Assembly (NCBI GenBank): GCA_017303975.1 | Contig: JAFLBG010000005.1 | Coordinates: 39,353 to 103,352 of the forward strand | Source: Bacteroidota bacterium | GTDB lineage: Bacteria; Bacteroidota; Bacteroidia; JAFLBG01 | Direction of reading: 5' to 3' | Length of the DNA: 64,000 bases | Position numbers and translations under genes: made by a program | Shown here: positions 21,009 to 31,521 of the stretch, in pieces | How the letters are laid out: each line of letters opens with the position of its first letter | Numbering within the stretch: position 1 is the first letter of the stretch | The notes under the pieces: generated by a model | The model's database searches: none | What the model was told of the DNA's origin: nothing | Seen by the model: only the letters and a program-made list of their open reading frames with translations

Positions 21009-22133
21009 ATGAATAAACCTATTATTCGTAACTTTACGGTTCTTATGGCAGATAGTACATCAACTAAAAAAAATATTCGTTCGCTTACTTTAGAGGAGTT
21101 GAAAGATTTTTTTATTGCACATAACGATAAAGCCTTTCGAGCCAAGCAAGTATATGAATGGTTATGGAAAAAGGCAGCCACCTCTTTTGCAGACATGACG
21201 AACCTTTCGAAAGACACACGCTCTTTACTGGAAAATAATTTTTCGTTTCCAATTGTAAAAATTCACGAGTTTCAGGTTAGTTCAGACCGCACTATAAAAA
21301 ATGCATTTAAACTTTATGACAATAATATTGTAGAAGGCGTTTTAATTCCCACAAAGGAGCGAATGACAGCTTGTATATCCTCTCAAGTTGGATGTAGTTT
21401 AACGTGTAAGTTTTGTGCCACAGGTCGTTTAGAAAGGTTACGAAATTTAGACGCTGAAGAAATTTTCGATCAGGTAGTTTTAATAAGAAATCAATCGTTA
21501 GAAAAATACAACATACCACTTTCCAATATTGTATACATGGGCATGGGCGAGCCTTTGCTTAACTATAAAAATGTTTGGGAGTCAATAGAAAGGATTACTT
21601 CTCCAGACGGGCTTGGCATGTCGCCACAGCGTATTACTGTATCTACTGCGGGTATTGCCAAGATGATAAAAAAACTGGGCGATGATGGAGCTAAATTCAA
21701 TTTGGCACTATCTCTGCATGCCGCTAATGATGAGAAGCGTAACAAAATTATGCCGATTAATGAATCGAATACATTAGATGCGTTAGCAGAGTCGTTAAAC
21801 TATTTTTACGAAAAAACAGGAACACGTGTAACCTTTGAATACATTATATTTAAAGACTTTAACGACACCGTAAAAGATGCGCAAGAATTGGTTGATTTTG
21901 CGAGACGAGTTCCTGCAAAAATTAATATTATTGAGTACAACCCAATTGATGGGGGCGAATTTTTTCAAACAACAAACGAACGATTGGTGGCGTTTGTAGC
22001 GCACTTAGAAAGAAATGGACTTATTGTAAATGTAAGAAGAAGCCGAGGAAAAGATATTGATGCAGCATGTGGACAATTGGCCAACAAAAACAAAGAAGGC
22101 TTTGAAAGTAGAAAACTAAAAGAAAAAAGCTAG
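21009..22133 (+). CDS. rlmN: 23S rRNA/tRNA (adenine-C2)-methyltransferase, radical SAM
   Basis: CxxxCxxC (CSLTCKFCATG), GMGEPLLN, and the second Cys-rich region typical of RlmN/Cfr. Confidence 0.9.
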   Translation: MNKPIIRNFTVLMADSTSTKKNIRSLTLEELKDFFIAHNDKAFRAKQVYEWLWKKAATSFADMTNLSKDTRSLLENNFSFPIVKIHEFQVSSDRTIKNAFKLYDNNIVEGVLIPTKERMTACISSQVGCSLTCKFCATGRLERLRNLDAEEIFDQVVLIRNQSLEKYNIPLSNIVYMGMGEPLLNYKNVWESIERITSPDGLGMSPQRITVSTAGIAKMIKKLGDDGAKFNLALSLHAANDEKRNKIMPINESNTLDALAESLNYFYEKTGTRVTFEYIIFKDFNDTVKDAQELVDFARRVPAKINIIEYNPIDGGEFFQTTNERLVAFVAHLERNGLIVNVRRSRGKDIDAACGQLANKNKEGFESRKLKEKS

Positions 22134-23107
22134 TGCTAAATATAGATACCATAAAAGAACCTATTGCAGCAGAAATGGACTTGTTTGAAAGCAAGTTTAA
22201 AGAGGCGATGAAAAGCCAGGTTCCGCTATTAGACAAGATAACATACTATATCATAAAACGAAAAGGGAAACAAATACGCCCCATGTTTGTTTTTCTGTCG
22301 GCTAAAATGCTAGGTCCTATTTCAGAATCAAGCTACAGAGCTGCTTCACTCATAGAATTACTGCACACCGCAACATTAGTGCACGATGATGTAGTGGACG
22401 ACTCATACGAACGCAGAGGTTTTTTTTCTATCAACGCATTGTGGAAAAACAAAATTGCTGTATTAGTTGGCGACTACCTTTTATCTCGAGGACTACTTCT
22501 TTCTGTGGATAATGGTGAGTTTAAACTATTGCAAATTGTATCTACTGCAGTTAGAGAAATGAGCGAAGGTGAATTACTACAAATTGAAAAAGCCCGAAAA
22601 CTAGACATTGCCGAAGATGTATATTTTGATATTATTCGTCAAAAAACAGCTTCCCTAATTGCCTCTTGCTGTGCAGCCGGAGCATGCTCTGTAGGTGCGA
22701 CAGACGACACGATTGAAACCATGAAAAAATTTGGAGAATGCGTAGGCATTGCTTTTCAAATAAAAGACGACTTGTTTGATTATGGCGATGGAAAGGATAT
22801 CGGAAAGCCTGTTGGAATTGATGTGCAAGAAAAAAAACTTACACTACCTATTATTTACGCCCTAAAACAAGCAAGTTTCATAGAGAAACGAAAAATGATT
22901 TCTATTATAAAAAACTACAATACAGACGAAAATAAAATAACTGAACTATTTAATTTTGTAATAGAAAAAGGTGGCATAACGTATGCTGAACAGAAAATGT
23001 ATGAATACAAAGAAAAAGCATTAAATCATTTGCAACACTTTGAAAACAATACGTACAAACAATCGCTTATTAATTTGGTGAATTTTACGATCGAAAGAAA
23101 AAAATAA
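22133..23107 (+). CDS. polyprenyl diphosphate synthase (octaprenyl/solanesyl type, IspB-like)
   Basis: two DDxxD motifs (LVHDDVVDD, FQIKDDLFDY), 324 aa. Confidence 0.85.
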   Translation: MLNIDTIKEPIAAEMDLFESKFKEAMKSQVPLLDKITYYIIKRKGKQIRPMFVFLSAKMLGPISESSYRAASLIELLHTATLVHDDVVDDSYERRGFFSINALWKNKIAVLVGDYLLSRGLLLSVDNGEFKLLQIVSTAVREMSEGELLQIEKARKLDIAEDVYFDIIRQKTASLIASCCAAGACSVGATDDTIETMKKFGECVGIAFQIKDDLFDYGDGKDIGKPVGIDVQEKKLTLPIIYALKQASFIEKRKMISIIKNYNTDENKITELFNFVIEKGGITYAEQKMYEYKEKALNHLQHFENNTYKQSLINLVNFTIERKK

Positions 23108-23112
23108 TTCTT

Positions 23113-23544
23113 ATGAAGTTTTTTAATTATTTATCTCTCCTACTTATATGGTGCATTTCTGCATGTACTACCGAATCGGCTAAACAAACAAACAACAACA
23201 ATACCGATACCGCAAGTATAGCAACCACATCTGTTGCTGCTAGTAAAGAAAAAGCTCCAGTATATAACGGAGTACACGAAGAAAAATATTCGAATGGGGT
23301 ATTAAAAATGAAGGGCGAATACGCTGGTGGGTTGCGACAAGGACAATGGTTTGCGTGGTACGAAGACGGAAAACTATGGAGTGAATGTTTTTACACCAAC
23401 GGACTTCGAGATGGAGCAAACATTGTTTATTACCCAAACGAAATTAAACGATACGAAGGCTTTTTTAAAGACGACAAACCAACCGGTGTTTGGAAATTTT
23501 ATGATGAAACGGGCAAACTGACTGAAGAAAAAAAATACGAATAG
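23113..23544 (+). CDS. lipoprotein with MORN-variant (YwqK-like) repeats
   Basis: lipobox (LLLIWCISAC); repeated Y..G..EG.....G.W.. units. Confidence 0.55.
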   Translation: MKFFNYLSLLLIWCISACTTESAKQTNNNNTDTASIATTSVAASKEKAPVYNGVHEEKYSNGVLKMKGEYAGGLRQGQWFAWYEDGKLWSECFYTNGLRDGANIVYYPNEIKRYEGFFKDDKPTGVWKFYDETGKLTEEKKYE

Positions 23545-23550
23545 AAAAAT

Positions 23551-24951
23551 TTACTCTATCAGCAATTTTTTAGCGCCCAATACACCTCCATTACTATCCA
23601 ATCCAACCAAGGTATAAAGCCCTTTATTAGCAATAGTTACAGACAATATAACGTTTGGTTTCACTAAATAACTTCCAATAGCTTCTCCTAATATATTTAA
23701 AACTACAATATTCAGTTCTGTTGAATAGTTTGTTTTTATTGAAACAACTCCACTACTTGGATTTGGGAAAACAGTTATATCCTTTTGAAAATAATCGGTT
23801 ACAGATAAATTAGCACCAACATTAATCGCAAAGTAAGAAGTATCTGCACAGGCACTATTGGAAGCAACTAGTGTTATAGTATATGAGCCAGGAGTAGTGT
23901 ATGTGTGATTTGTGCTTGCTCCTAATTGGTTTGATGTTGCATCTCCAAAATTCCATAAGAAATTTATACCAACAGTATTAGCTGTTGCAGAGTAATTCAA
24001 ATTTTGGGCTGCGTGTATAGAAGAAGGTATAGAGGCATTGGCATTCAAGATAAATAAGGATTTCAAATTTTTACTTGTTGAGCCATGTCTTGGGTTAATC
24101 GTACTCAATCCTGAACACCAAACACCGTCATTGTCAATAATAGTGGCACCGGCAACGGATGCCCCCAGAGATTTTGTTCTAAACTCAACTCGCTGAATGC
24201 CATTTGGCAACTTGTTGGGAATAATTGTAGCCCAGTAATAATCAATCGTATCAACATCTCTGTAATACTGTATGTAAGAGGAAATATTTTTCTGCACAAT
24301 CCCATCCTTCTCAATTACTGCAATTGATATCGGCCGTCCCGAGCCAGCTGTATTGTCATATAACAAAGCAAAATCTTTTGTATTTAACAGTGTTCCAGTT
24401 ACGCTATCTATCAAAGAAGAACACTGCAATGTATCACTTGCTACATTTCCAAAATTTACTACTCGTACTAAATAGCTAGATGCCTTAATTCGTGTAGCAA
24501 CAGAATTGCCACCCATGCCATCATTTATATTTATTTGTGGGTACACAAATTTTCCGGGTGTAAAGCGATCATTCCCGGTTGGCTCTAAACCAAACCACCC
24601 TTTGTATACACCAGCAGAATCTGTTTTCAATGAATCGTAATTGCCCAAAGTTGCAACAGAAAGCGAAGTAGAACGCAAAAAAGAATTACCTAGTGCATTA
24701 ATTAAAATTGGATTACCGGCCCCATTACTAGAAGGAGAACTATTCAAAGTATCAATCGTTGTGTAATACCTGTATGTTGTATCCGGAATTAATCCGCTGA
24801 TTTCTGCCCAAAAATAAAATGGAACTCGCTCATTATTGGTAGTGCTTTTTCCTTGAATAAACTGCGGAACAATAGCACTACTAATTGTTTGAGAGGTTGC
24901 AACTGCTGCGATAACAATAAAAGCAACTAGTAATATTTTCTTCATATTCAT
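23551..24951 (-). CDS. secreted protein with PKD-like domain and type-A T9SS C-terminal sorting domain
   Basis: signal peptide; NFGDATSN...HTYTTPGSYTITLVASN PKD signature; C-terminal VFPNPSSGVVSI...GAKKLLIE CTD. Confidence 0.75.
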   Translation of the reverse strand: MNMKKILLVAFIVIAAVATSQTISSAIVPQFIQGKSTTNNERVPFYFWAEISGLIPDTTYRYYTTIDTLNSSPSSNGAGNPILINALGNSFLRSTSLSVATLGNYDSLKTDSAGVYKGWFGLEPTGNDRFTPGKFVYPQININDGMGGNSVATRIKASSYLVRVVNFGNVASDTLQCSSLIDSVTGTLLNTKDFALLYDNTAGSGRPISIAVIEKDGIVQKNISSYIQYYRDVDTIDYYWATIIPNKLPNGIQRVEFRTKSLGASVAGATIIDNDGVWCSGLSTINPRHGSTSKNLKSLFILNANASIPSSIHAAQNLNYSATANTVGINFLWNFGDATSNQLGASTNHTYTTPGSYTITLVASNSACADTSYFAINVGANLSVTDYFQKDITVFPNPSSGVVSIKTNYSTELNIVVLNILGEAIGSYLVKPNVILSVTIANKGLYTLVGLDSNGGVLGAKKLLIE

Positions 24952-25003
24952 GTTTTTTACCGTGTTGTATCTTATCTTTTGTAGGTAATTTAATTTGATA
25001 AAG

Positions 25004-26317
25004 TTATAAAACTTCCTTTAACTCTTCTAGCCGTATTCCCCGCGAACCTTTTAATAGAATTGTGCTATCTAAAATAGGATTCTCTTTAATCCAGTCGGCC
25101 AATGCTTTGGTGGTAGCAAATTTTTTATAAGTACTCGGAGCCGCTGTTTTTCCAAACTCATTGCCAACTAAAAAAACGGTTTGTAGTTTTTTTGATTGCA
25201 TAAATCTAACCATTTCTTCGTGTTCACTTTCACTAAAAGAACCCATTTCAAGCATATCGCCTACAATTACAATTTTGGATGGAGACTCAATCTCTACAAA
25301 GCTTTCAATTGCAGCAGACATACTTGATGGATTGGCATTATACGCATCCATGAATAACACATTTTTTGGTGTCTTAATTACTTGAGACCTATTGTTGCTG
25401 GGGACATATTCTTCTATGGCACTTTTTATCAACTCGTTGCTAACTTCAAAATAATGTCCAACAGCTACTGCTGCTAATATATTCGGCAAATTATATTTAC
25501 CAATCAAATTTGTTCTAATGCCAACTTGTGACGGGAGTGAATGCGCATATCTAAGAAACACATCAACGTGCAAAAATGGTTGATTCCCTGTAACATTGCC
25601 CCGTACAGAGGAATCTTGGGAAACTCCGTACGTAATTCGCTTCAACTGCTTACTTAGTGTATTTAGTACACTATCATCTTCATTCACAAAAGCAAATCCA
25701 TTTTTCGTTTTTAAATAATCGTACAATTCATTATTCGAAGCTATTACACCTTCTATGCTACCAAATCCTTCCAAATGATCTTTTCCGTTATTGGTAACAA
25801 TACCAAAATTGGGCTGAGCAATGGTGCATAGAAATGCGTTTTCTCCGGCATGATTAGCACCCAATTCTATTACAGCCAGCTGATGGTCGGCTTTAATTTC
25901 TAGGATACACAATGCAACCCCAATATGATTGTTCAAGTTTCCGGGAGTAGAATAGGTATTGTATTGTTTTTTTAAAACTGCACTCATTAACTCCTTTGTT
26001 GTCGTTTTGCCATTACTTCCGGCAATAGCAATAACAGGGATTTGCAACACACTTCTGTGGTAGCGAGCCAAATCTTGTAATGTCGTTAAAACATCGTTTA
26101 CTAAAATATATTTTTCATTTAAAACAACATCGGGCTCATCCACAATAGCAAATGCGGAACCTTGCTCTATTGCTTGTTTTGCAAACGTATTTGCATTAAA
26201 ATTTGGACCTTTTAGTGCAAAAAACAATCCTCCTTGTTTTATTTTTCTTGTATCAGTACAAATGATAGGGTGTTTTAAAAAAACACGTTCGTATAGTTCT
26301 TGTATGGTCATACTCAA
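25004..26317 (-). CDS. murF: UDP-N-acetylmuramoyl-tripeptide--D-alanyl-D-alanine ligase
   Basis: Mur ligase P-loop IAIAGSNGKTTTKE; 437 aa. Confidence 0.85.
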   Translation of the reverse strand: MSMTIQELYERVFLKHPIICTDTRKIKQGGLFFALKGPNFNANTFAKQAIEQGSAFAIVDEPDVVLNEKYILVNDVLTTLQDLARYHRSVLQIPVIAIAGSNGKTTTKELMSAVLKKQYNTYSTPGNLNNHIGVALCILEIKADHQLAVIELGANHAGENAFLCTIAQPNFGIVTNNGKDHLEGFGSIEGVIASNNELYDYLKTKNGFAFVNEDDSVLNTLSKQLKRITYGVSQDSSVRGNVTGNQPFLHVDVFLRYAHSLPSQVGIRTNLIGKYNLPNILAAVAVGHYFEVSNELIKSAIEEYVPSNNRSQVIKTPKNVLFMDAYNANPSSMSAAIESFVEIESPSKIVIVGDMLEMGSFSESEHEEMVRFMQSKKLQTVFLVGNEFGKTAAPSTYKKFATTKALADWIKENPILDSTILLKGSRGIRLEELKEVL

Positions 26318-26375
26318 ATTTACAATAAGTGTAGTAAAGTTTTAGAAATAAAAACAATAAAAGGGAAAACAAAAC

Positions 26376-27395
26376 CTAGTTAGAAAATGCACCTTTGTAA
26401 AGCAATGACACTTCTAAGCCTCCACGAAAGACCGTAGCAGCACGTAATTTAGAAACATTGACATCATAACTAAACCCTAGTAACAAAGACTTTTGCAACT
26501 CAAATGCAGCATTCACAATTATCGCATCTCTTAATCTGTAATGTATTCCCAACATAACTGCAGAAGAAGTTGTTCGGTCGGTATAAACCAAATCGGAGGC
26601 ATTGTCTTTTCCAATTATATACTTAACCATACTTCCTGCAATAATCTCGGAAAAAGGGCCTTGCCTTACAAGCAAGAGATTGGGCAATGCAAACAAATTC
26701 TTACCGGAGCCCATACGAATTTGAAAATTTAAATTTGCAATTATTTTAGCTGGTAATTTATTTCCTTCTTTGGTTCCGTAAAAACTAATATCCGGCTTAT
26801 TTAGATGGTATACAGCAAGACCTGCATTTGATTTAAAATCGGCAAACTTATTTATGTACGACCAAGCCGCACCAGCTCCAATATCCAAATAGTTCTTCTT
26901 TTGATTGCCAAACAATTCGCCCGATGACAGGGATGGATCGTAATAATTCCCGTTGTATTGGCTATCCCATTTTAAATTATCGTTATACGAAATACTTTTT
27001 TGCCCAAAAGCTCCTTCCGCACCAAAATAAAATGACGTATTGCTACTAACTCGCATTGTATAAGATGTTCCAAGTGCTACGCGATTCGTTTTTAATGCTG
27101 CACTTCCTGATTTGTCATTAAAAAAACTAATGCCAACTCCCACACGCTTTGCAGGCAAAGCTAATTCTGCCGATGCAAACATGGTTTTATAACTATCATC
27201 AACTACCTGCCATTGATTTTTATAATTGGTCGTAAACCTATAATCTCCTTTAAACACGCCAATATTAGCAGGGTTTAGCATGGTAGGATTAAAATAGAAT
27301 TGAGAAAAGTGTATGTCTTGCGCCTTTGTAAATGGATTGAGTAGTAAGCATATGATAATTAGTAATAGATGTCGCTTAAAAAAAAGCATACGCAT
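26376..27395 (-). CDS. PorP/SprF-family T9SS outer-membrane protein, cognate partner of the upstream type-B cargo
   Basis: AQDIHFSQFYFNPTMLNPANIG N-terminus after a signal peptide; the start was moved to the internal ATG at 27395 because the upstream 23 codons are non-hydrophobic; immediately downstream of the CHU_C-type cargo gene. Confidence 0.8.
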   Translation of the reverse strand: MRMLFFKRHLLLIIICLLLNPFTKAQDIHFSQFYFNPTMLNPANIGVFKGDYRFTTNYKNQWQVVDDSYKTMFASAELALPAKRVGVGISFFNDKSGSAALKTNRVALGTSYTMRVSSNTSFYFGAEGAFGQKSISYNDNLKWDSQYNGNYYDPSLSSGELFGNQKKNYLDIGAGAAWSYINKFADFKSNAGLAVYHLNKPDISFYGTKEGNKLPAKIIANLNFQIRMGSGKNLFALPNLLLVRQGPFSEIIAGSMVKYIIGKDNASDLVYTDRTTSSAVMLGIHYRLRDAIIVNAAFELQKSLLLGFSYDVNVSKLRAATVFRGGLEVSLLYKGAFSN

Positions 27396-27500
27396 ATCAC
27401 CCCTCACAAAAAGGATCAATAGGATACTATTCTTTTTACTATTTATAGAATTCCTAATACGCATTTATTTTACCATCTACTAACTACTTATTACCAATTA

Positions 27501-30500
27501 CTATCTTACCAATGTTAGATTGCCTTTCTCTGAAATTTCAGTTTCATCGAACAACTCCGCCTCTACAAGCCAAATATAAACTCCCGCGGGAACGTCTTTG
27601 CCTCTAAATGTACCGTCCCATCCTATACCGGAATCTTTTGTTTCAAATACTTTTTCGCCCCAACGATCGTACACAACAAACTTTAACTCTCTAATTCCCT
27701 TGCCTCGCACATAAAACACATCATTCAATCCATCTCCGTTCGGAGAAAATATATCAGGAATAAAAATAGAGGTAGGCTCCAATATGCAAATATCAACAGA
27801 AGATTCATCAGTACAGCCACCTTCATTGTATATTAATAGTGTAGCAGAGTAATTGCCTGGATCTTGAAGTGTAATTTGAGGATTAACCCCTTTAACAAAT
27901 GGAATTGTATCTCCATTACTAAAAATCCAAAAACCTGTTTGTGCATTCAAACTCAAATCAAGCATTGTTAAACTCCTTTGCTCGTATGGAATACAGGCGT
28001 ATTTAGGATTCACAGAAAAAAGTGATTTAATTTTAGTGTAGCTCGGAATCTTAATCACGGTATCAATAAAACATCCTGAATTTTTATCTGTTATTTTAAC
28101 TGTATATATATTTCCTGCTAATCCTGTAATAGAAGCGGTAGTTTTTGCAGGATTTGTTGACCATGAGTAAGCATAATTACTTCCGGCTCCAACGACAGTA
28201 ACTGCAGCTGTTCCAGACAATCCATAACACAAGGTATCTGTGGTAGTTGCAGTTTGAGAAAATGTAGGATAAACAAGAATTGTTATAGAATCTGTTTTTT
28301 CGTCCGAACAATTATCGTTGGTATTTACTATATACGTGGTAGTGATGCTCGGAAATACTTGATGTGTATTAATTGCAGGCAGTCCGTTATTCCATGCATA
28401 TGTAATATTTGCAAACGGAACTCCGGTGGTAGCAGCTAAGGAAATAATTGCATTATCTCCAATGCACAACGAATCGTTTGTAGCAGTTAATGTTGTTGTG
28501 ATTGCGGGGTACACGGTAACTTGTATGGTATCAGAAGTCGAGCAACTTGCACCTCCGGAACCTACATAATAATAGACAATCTGATGCGCTCCATTCCCAG
28601 CAATGGAAGGGTTAAAGGTATTTCCTACAATACCTGGACCGCTAAGCACACCGCCTGTTGGGTTTACAGATAAATTAAATGCACTATCATTAAAACAATA
28701 AGTAGTGTTTAATCCATTTATTTGTGCTGCTGTAAATTGATACACAGTAACATCTACAGATGCTCCGCATCCGTTAACACGCGTAGTGTAATAAACTGTA
28801 GAAGTAACCGACCCAGTAATTGCCGGATTAAACAAGCCGGAGTCGGCATTCACAATTCCATATCCATACCATTTAATTCCATTTCCTATAACTTGTAGGT
28901 CGATGGGAAATGTTGGCATGATGGAACATACAGAAGTATCTGCAAAAGACAATGTGCCGGGATAAACAACAATGCGCAAGGTATCTGTACAATTATTTGC
29001 AGTATAGAGTAATGTGTGTAATCCTGGTCCGGCTAAGGAGGGTTTAAAATAAAACTTTCTGTCATACACTGGCGGATAGCTTATTAACGCAGGCCCTGTC
29101 CATAGCCCTCCACCGGGAGTTCTGTAGGCATTAAGAAAAACAGAATCCATATCAGTGGAACAATAAAAAAGCGTATCAACTGACACCTCAGTACTACGTG
29201 TGTAAATCCGAAGCGTATCAATACATCCATTTGGAGCGGTATATTGAAACCACTCTTCTGAATTATTGGGTGGAACAGAGGGATCATAAAACCCCCAATT
29301 GGTTTGCAAGCCGGAAGGGCCAACAAAAGTTTGAAAAACTGTTGCCCATGTGCCTCCGGGAGGGTCAGGAATTCTCAACGTATCGGCCAACGTACCTTGA
29401 CACACTACAAAATTTCCTCCAACATCAGACGGTTTTAAATACAGTTTTATCGTATCTGTACATCCATTAATTGAGTAAACAAAATTTTGATTTCCGGGAT
29501 TCATGAATTGCGGCTGAATTATACCATTTATCAAATCGGAGAAAGCCCAATTGTTGTTAAGCCACGTACCACCCGGTGGGCTGAAATTTAATTGATAATG
29601 TCTTATTGATTCACAAATAGTATCTCTGCTGCTATTTATGTTTAGCGAACCAACTGTTACAACTTTACTTTCGGTACATCCATTTGGGGATGTGTAAACA
29701 ACCGTATATGAGCCAATCGTAGAGGGGTTAAACAATCCGCCACCTGTTACAAATGGCGTGCCTGACCATGCGCCACCCGGAGGAGTACCTCCGGAAAGCA
29801 TAAATGAGGGAGCTCCCGGACATGAAGCTTGAGCAAGCCCAGCATCAACTGCATTAACCGTAATTCGCAAACTATCTTTACACTGTCCACCAATAGTATA
29901 ATAAATAGTATGTAAGCCACCTCCGGCAGAATCGGGATTAAATGTGCCGGGCTTGGTAATTAGCATTCCAGCGCCACTCCAACTGCCGCCCGGTGGTGTT
30001 GCTAAAACCGTAAATGCTTTAACCGATTGACAAATAGTAGTGTCTTGTCCAGGGAAGGTAATGGTAGGCGAAAGAATAGAAACTAAAATTGTTTTTGTTT
30101 GAATTGGTCCACCAACAGCAGGCTGCACAGAAACAGTATATATAGTTGATGCGGTAGGACAAATAGATTGTACAGCGCCATTCGGCAAACCATGACTCCA
30201 ATAATAATTGTATGCTAAACAACCCGTTGGCGCTACTGATGCGGTTACCTGTGTACAGGTATTTGCGCAAACAGAAAAGCTAGGAAGAGCTGTCGCTGTA
30301 ATTACGAACGGGCAGTCGTTTACAAGTGAGGTATCTCTCAAAATAAATGTCCACAAACTATCGCAGTTATCAAGCATACTGTAATTTACTCTTACCACAT
30401 ACTCACAGTTAATTGTAAGTGGCGCACTTAGTGTAACTCGTACACTTTGAGTACTATCATTTACACAAATTAAACCGGCTACAGCTGTGGTAAGAGGGTT

Positions 30501-31061
30501 TAATGTGTTATTAATACTAAACACTGAAAAGTCATTTATTGTTAACGAATCGCAATGAATATTTCTACTGAATAACAAATCGACTGTGTTGGTGCTACAA
30601 GCAGGTTGCGGAGATACAGAGAATGTAGGAGGCACAGGTGGAGCAACAACGGACGTCCACTGTGCTGCAAAACCAAACTTGTTTAATGCAAAATCGGACA
30701 CAAAGACCAACACCATACATCCCGAGGTTGCGGTTACTGCACCTGGAGAAACCTGTCCTGTATATCCGCCTATCAATGAAGTTCCATCATATACGTACAA
30801 TGAATCTGACCCGGCCTCTAAATCAAAAAACGAAAAATTAAGAGTTACACTAGAATTGGAGCAAATACGAAAAATACTATGTTCATTTGCACTATAAATC
30901 CCAGAGGGGCCACCAGAATCATAAACCTTACCCTTACATTCAGTTATGGTAGTATCTCCATTCAGAATCATATTGAATGATGGCACTTGTGCTTTTAACA
31001 CAATTGCAGAAAATGCAAGTAGCGCAACTAAAAATATTTTTCTTACAACAGTAGCTTGCAT
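27501..31061 (-). CDS. large secreted adhesin-like protein with gliding-motility-associated C-terminal domain (type-B T9SS CTD)
   Basis: signal peptide; Cys-rich Ig-like repeats; C-terminus PDIFSPNGDGLNDVFYVRG...YDRWGEKVFE...GWDG...AGVYIW matches the CHU_C / type-B CTD consensus. Confidence 0.8.
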   Translation of the reverse strand: MQATVVRKIFLVALLAFSAIVLKAQVPSFNMILNGDTTITECKGKVYDSGGPSGIYSANEHSIFRICSNSSVTLNFSFFDLEAGSDSLYVYDGTSLIGGYTGQVSPGAVTATSGCMVLVFVSDFALNKFGFAAQWTSVVAPPVPPTFSVSPQPACSTNTVDLLFSRNIHCDSLTINDFSVFSINNTLNPLTTAVAGLICVNDSTQSVRVTLSAPLTINCEYVVRVNYSMLDNCDSLWTFILRDTSLVNDCPFVITATALPSFSVCANTCTQVTASVAPTGCLAYNYYWSHGLPNGAVQSICPTASTIYTVSVQPAVGGPIQTKTILVSILSPTITFPGQDTTICQSVKAFTVLATPPGGSWSGAGMLITKPGTFNPDSAGGGLHTIYYTIGGQCKDSLRITVNAVDAGLAQASCPGAPSFMLSGGTPPGGAWSGTPFVTGGGLFNPSTIGSYTVVYTSPNGCTESKVVTVGSLNINSSRDTICESIRHYQLNFSPPGGTWLNNNWAFSDLINGIIQPQFMNPGNQNFVYSINGCTDTIKLYLKPSDVGGNFVVCQGTLADTLRIPDPPGGTWATVFQTFVGPSGLQTNWGFYDPSVPPNNSEEWFQYTAPNGCIDTLRIYTRSTEVSVDTLFYCSTDMDSVFLNAYRTPGGGLWTGPALISYPPVYDRKFYFKPSLAGPGLHTLLYTANNCTDTLRIVVYPGTLSFADTSVCSIMPTFPIDLQVIGNGIKWYGYGIVNADSGLFNPAITGSVTSTVYYTTRVNGCGASVDVTVYQFTAAQINGLNTTYCFNDSAFNLSVNPTGGVLSGPGIVGNTFNPSIAGNGAHQIVYYYVGSGGASCSTSDTIQVTVYPAITTTLTATNDSLCIGDNAIISLAATTGVPFANITYAWNNGLPAINTHQVFPSITTTYIVNTNDNCSDEKTDSITILVYPTFSQTATTTDTLCYGLSGTAAVTVVGAGSNYAYSWSTNPAKTTASITGLAGNIYTVKITDKNSGCFIDTVIKIPSYTKIKSLFSVNPKYACIPYEQRSLTMLDLSLNAQTGFWIFSNGDTIPFVKGVNPQITLQDPGNYSATLLIYNEGGCTDESSVDICILEPTSIFIPDIFSPNGDGLNDVFYVRGKGIRELKFVVYDRWGEKVFETKDSGIGWDGTFRGKDVPAGVYIWLVEAELFDETEISEKGNLTLVR

Positions 31062-31075
31062 TAAACATGGATTAT

Positions 31076-31519
31076 TTATAGGCTATCATGAATAGCGATA
31101 GAGGAAGTAACAATTTCATTACTCCAATTCCCGGCTCTATCTTTTATTTTAATGGATAGGGTAGCATTCTCTTGCGTTGCATTGCCTAAGCGAAACATAT
31201 TTTTCAACTTGATTCGAATTTTGCCTTGTGTTTGCAACTCTTCATTATTAGGTGTTATTGGTTTTAGGTGATATCCATCTGCATTTAGTAAGCGACTGTC
31301 TTTTACATGAACCGATTTTTCATCGGCCGACTCATCTCCTAAATCGCCATTGTTATCTTTATAGGATAGTGTAACAATTACACTATCCCTAAACTCCATA
31401 ACACTTGTAGGCTCTACGCTTTCCAATTCAATAGTAGGTTCCAAAGCCAACTCCTTATCTTTCTTTTTGCAAGAAATAATACACAAAAACAATACTGCTA
31501 TAAAAAAAATCTTTTGCAT
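31076..31519 (-). CDS. lipoprotein, unknown function (147 aa)
   Basis: signal peptide with lipobox (IISCKKK); 14-nt gap to the downstream adhesin gene. Confidence 0.5.
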   Translation of the reverse strand: MQKIFFIAVLFLCIISCKKKDKELALEPTIELESVEPTSVMEFRDSVIVTLSYKDNNGDLGDESADEKSVHVKDSRLLNADGYHLKPITPNNEELQTQGKIRIKLKNMFRLGNATQENATLSIKIKDRAGNWSNEIVTSSIAIHDSL

Positions 31520-31521
31520 AT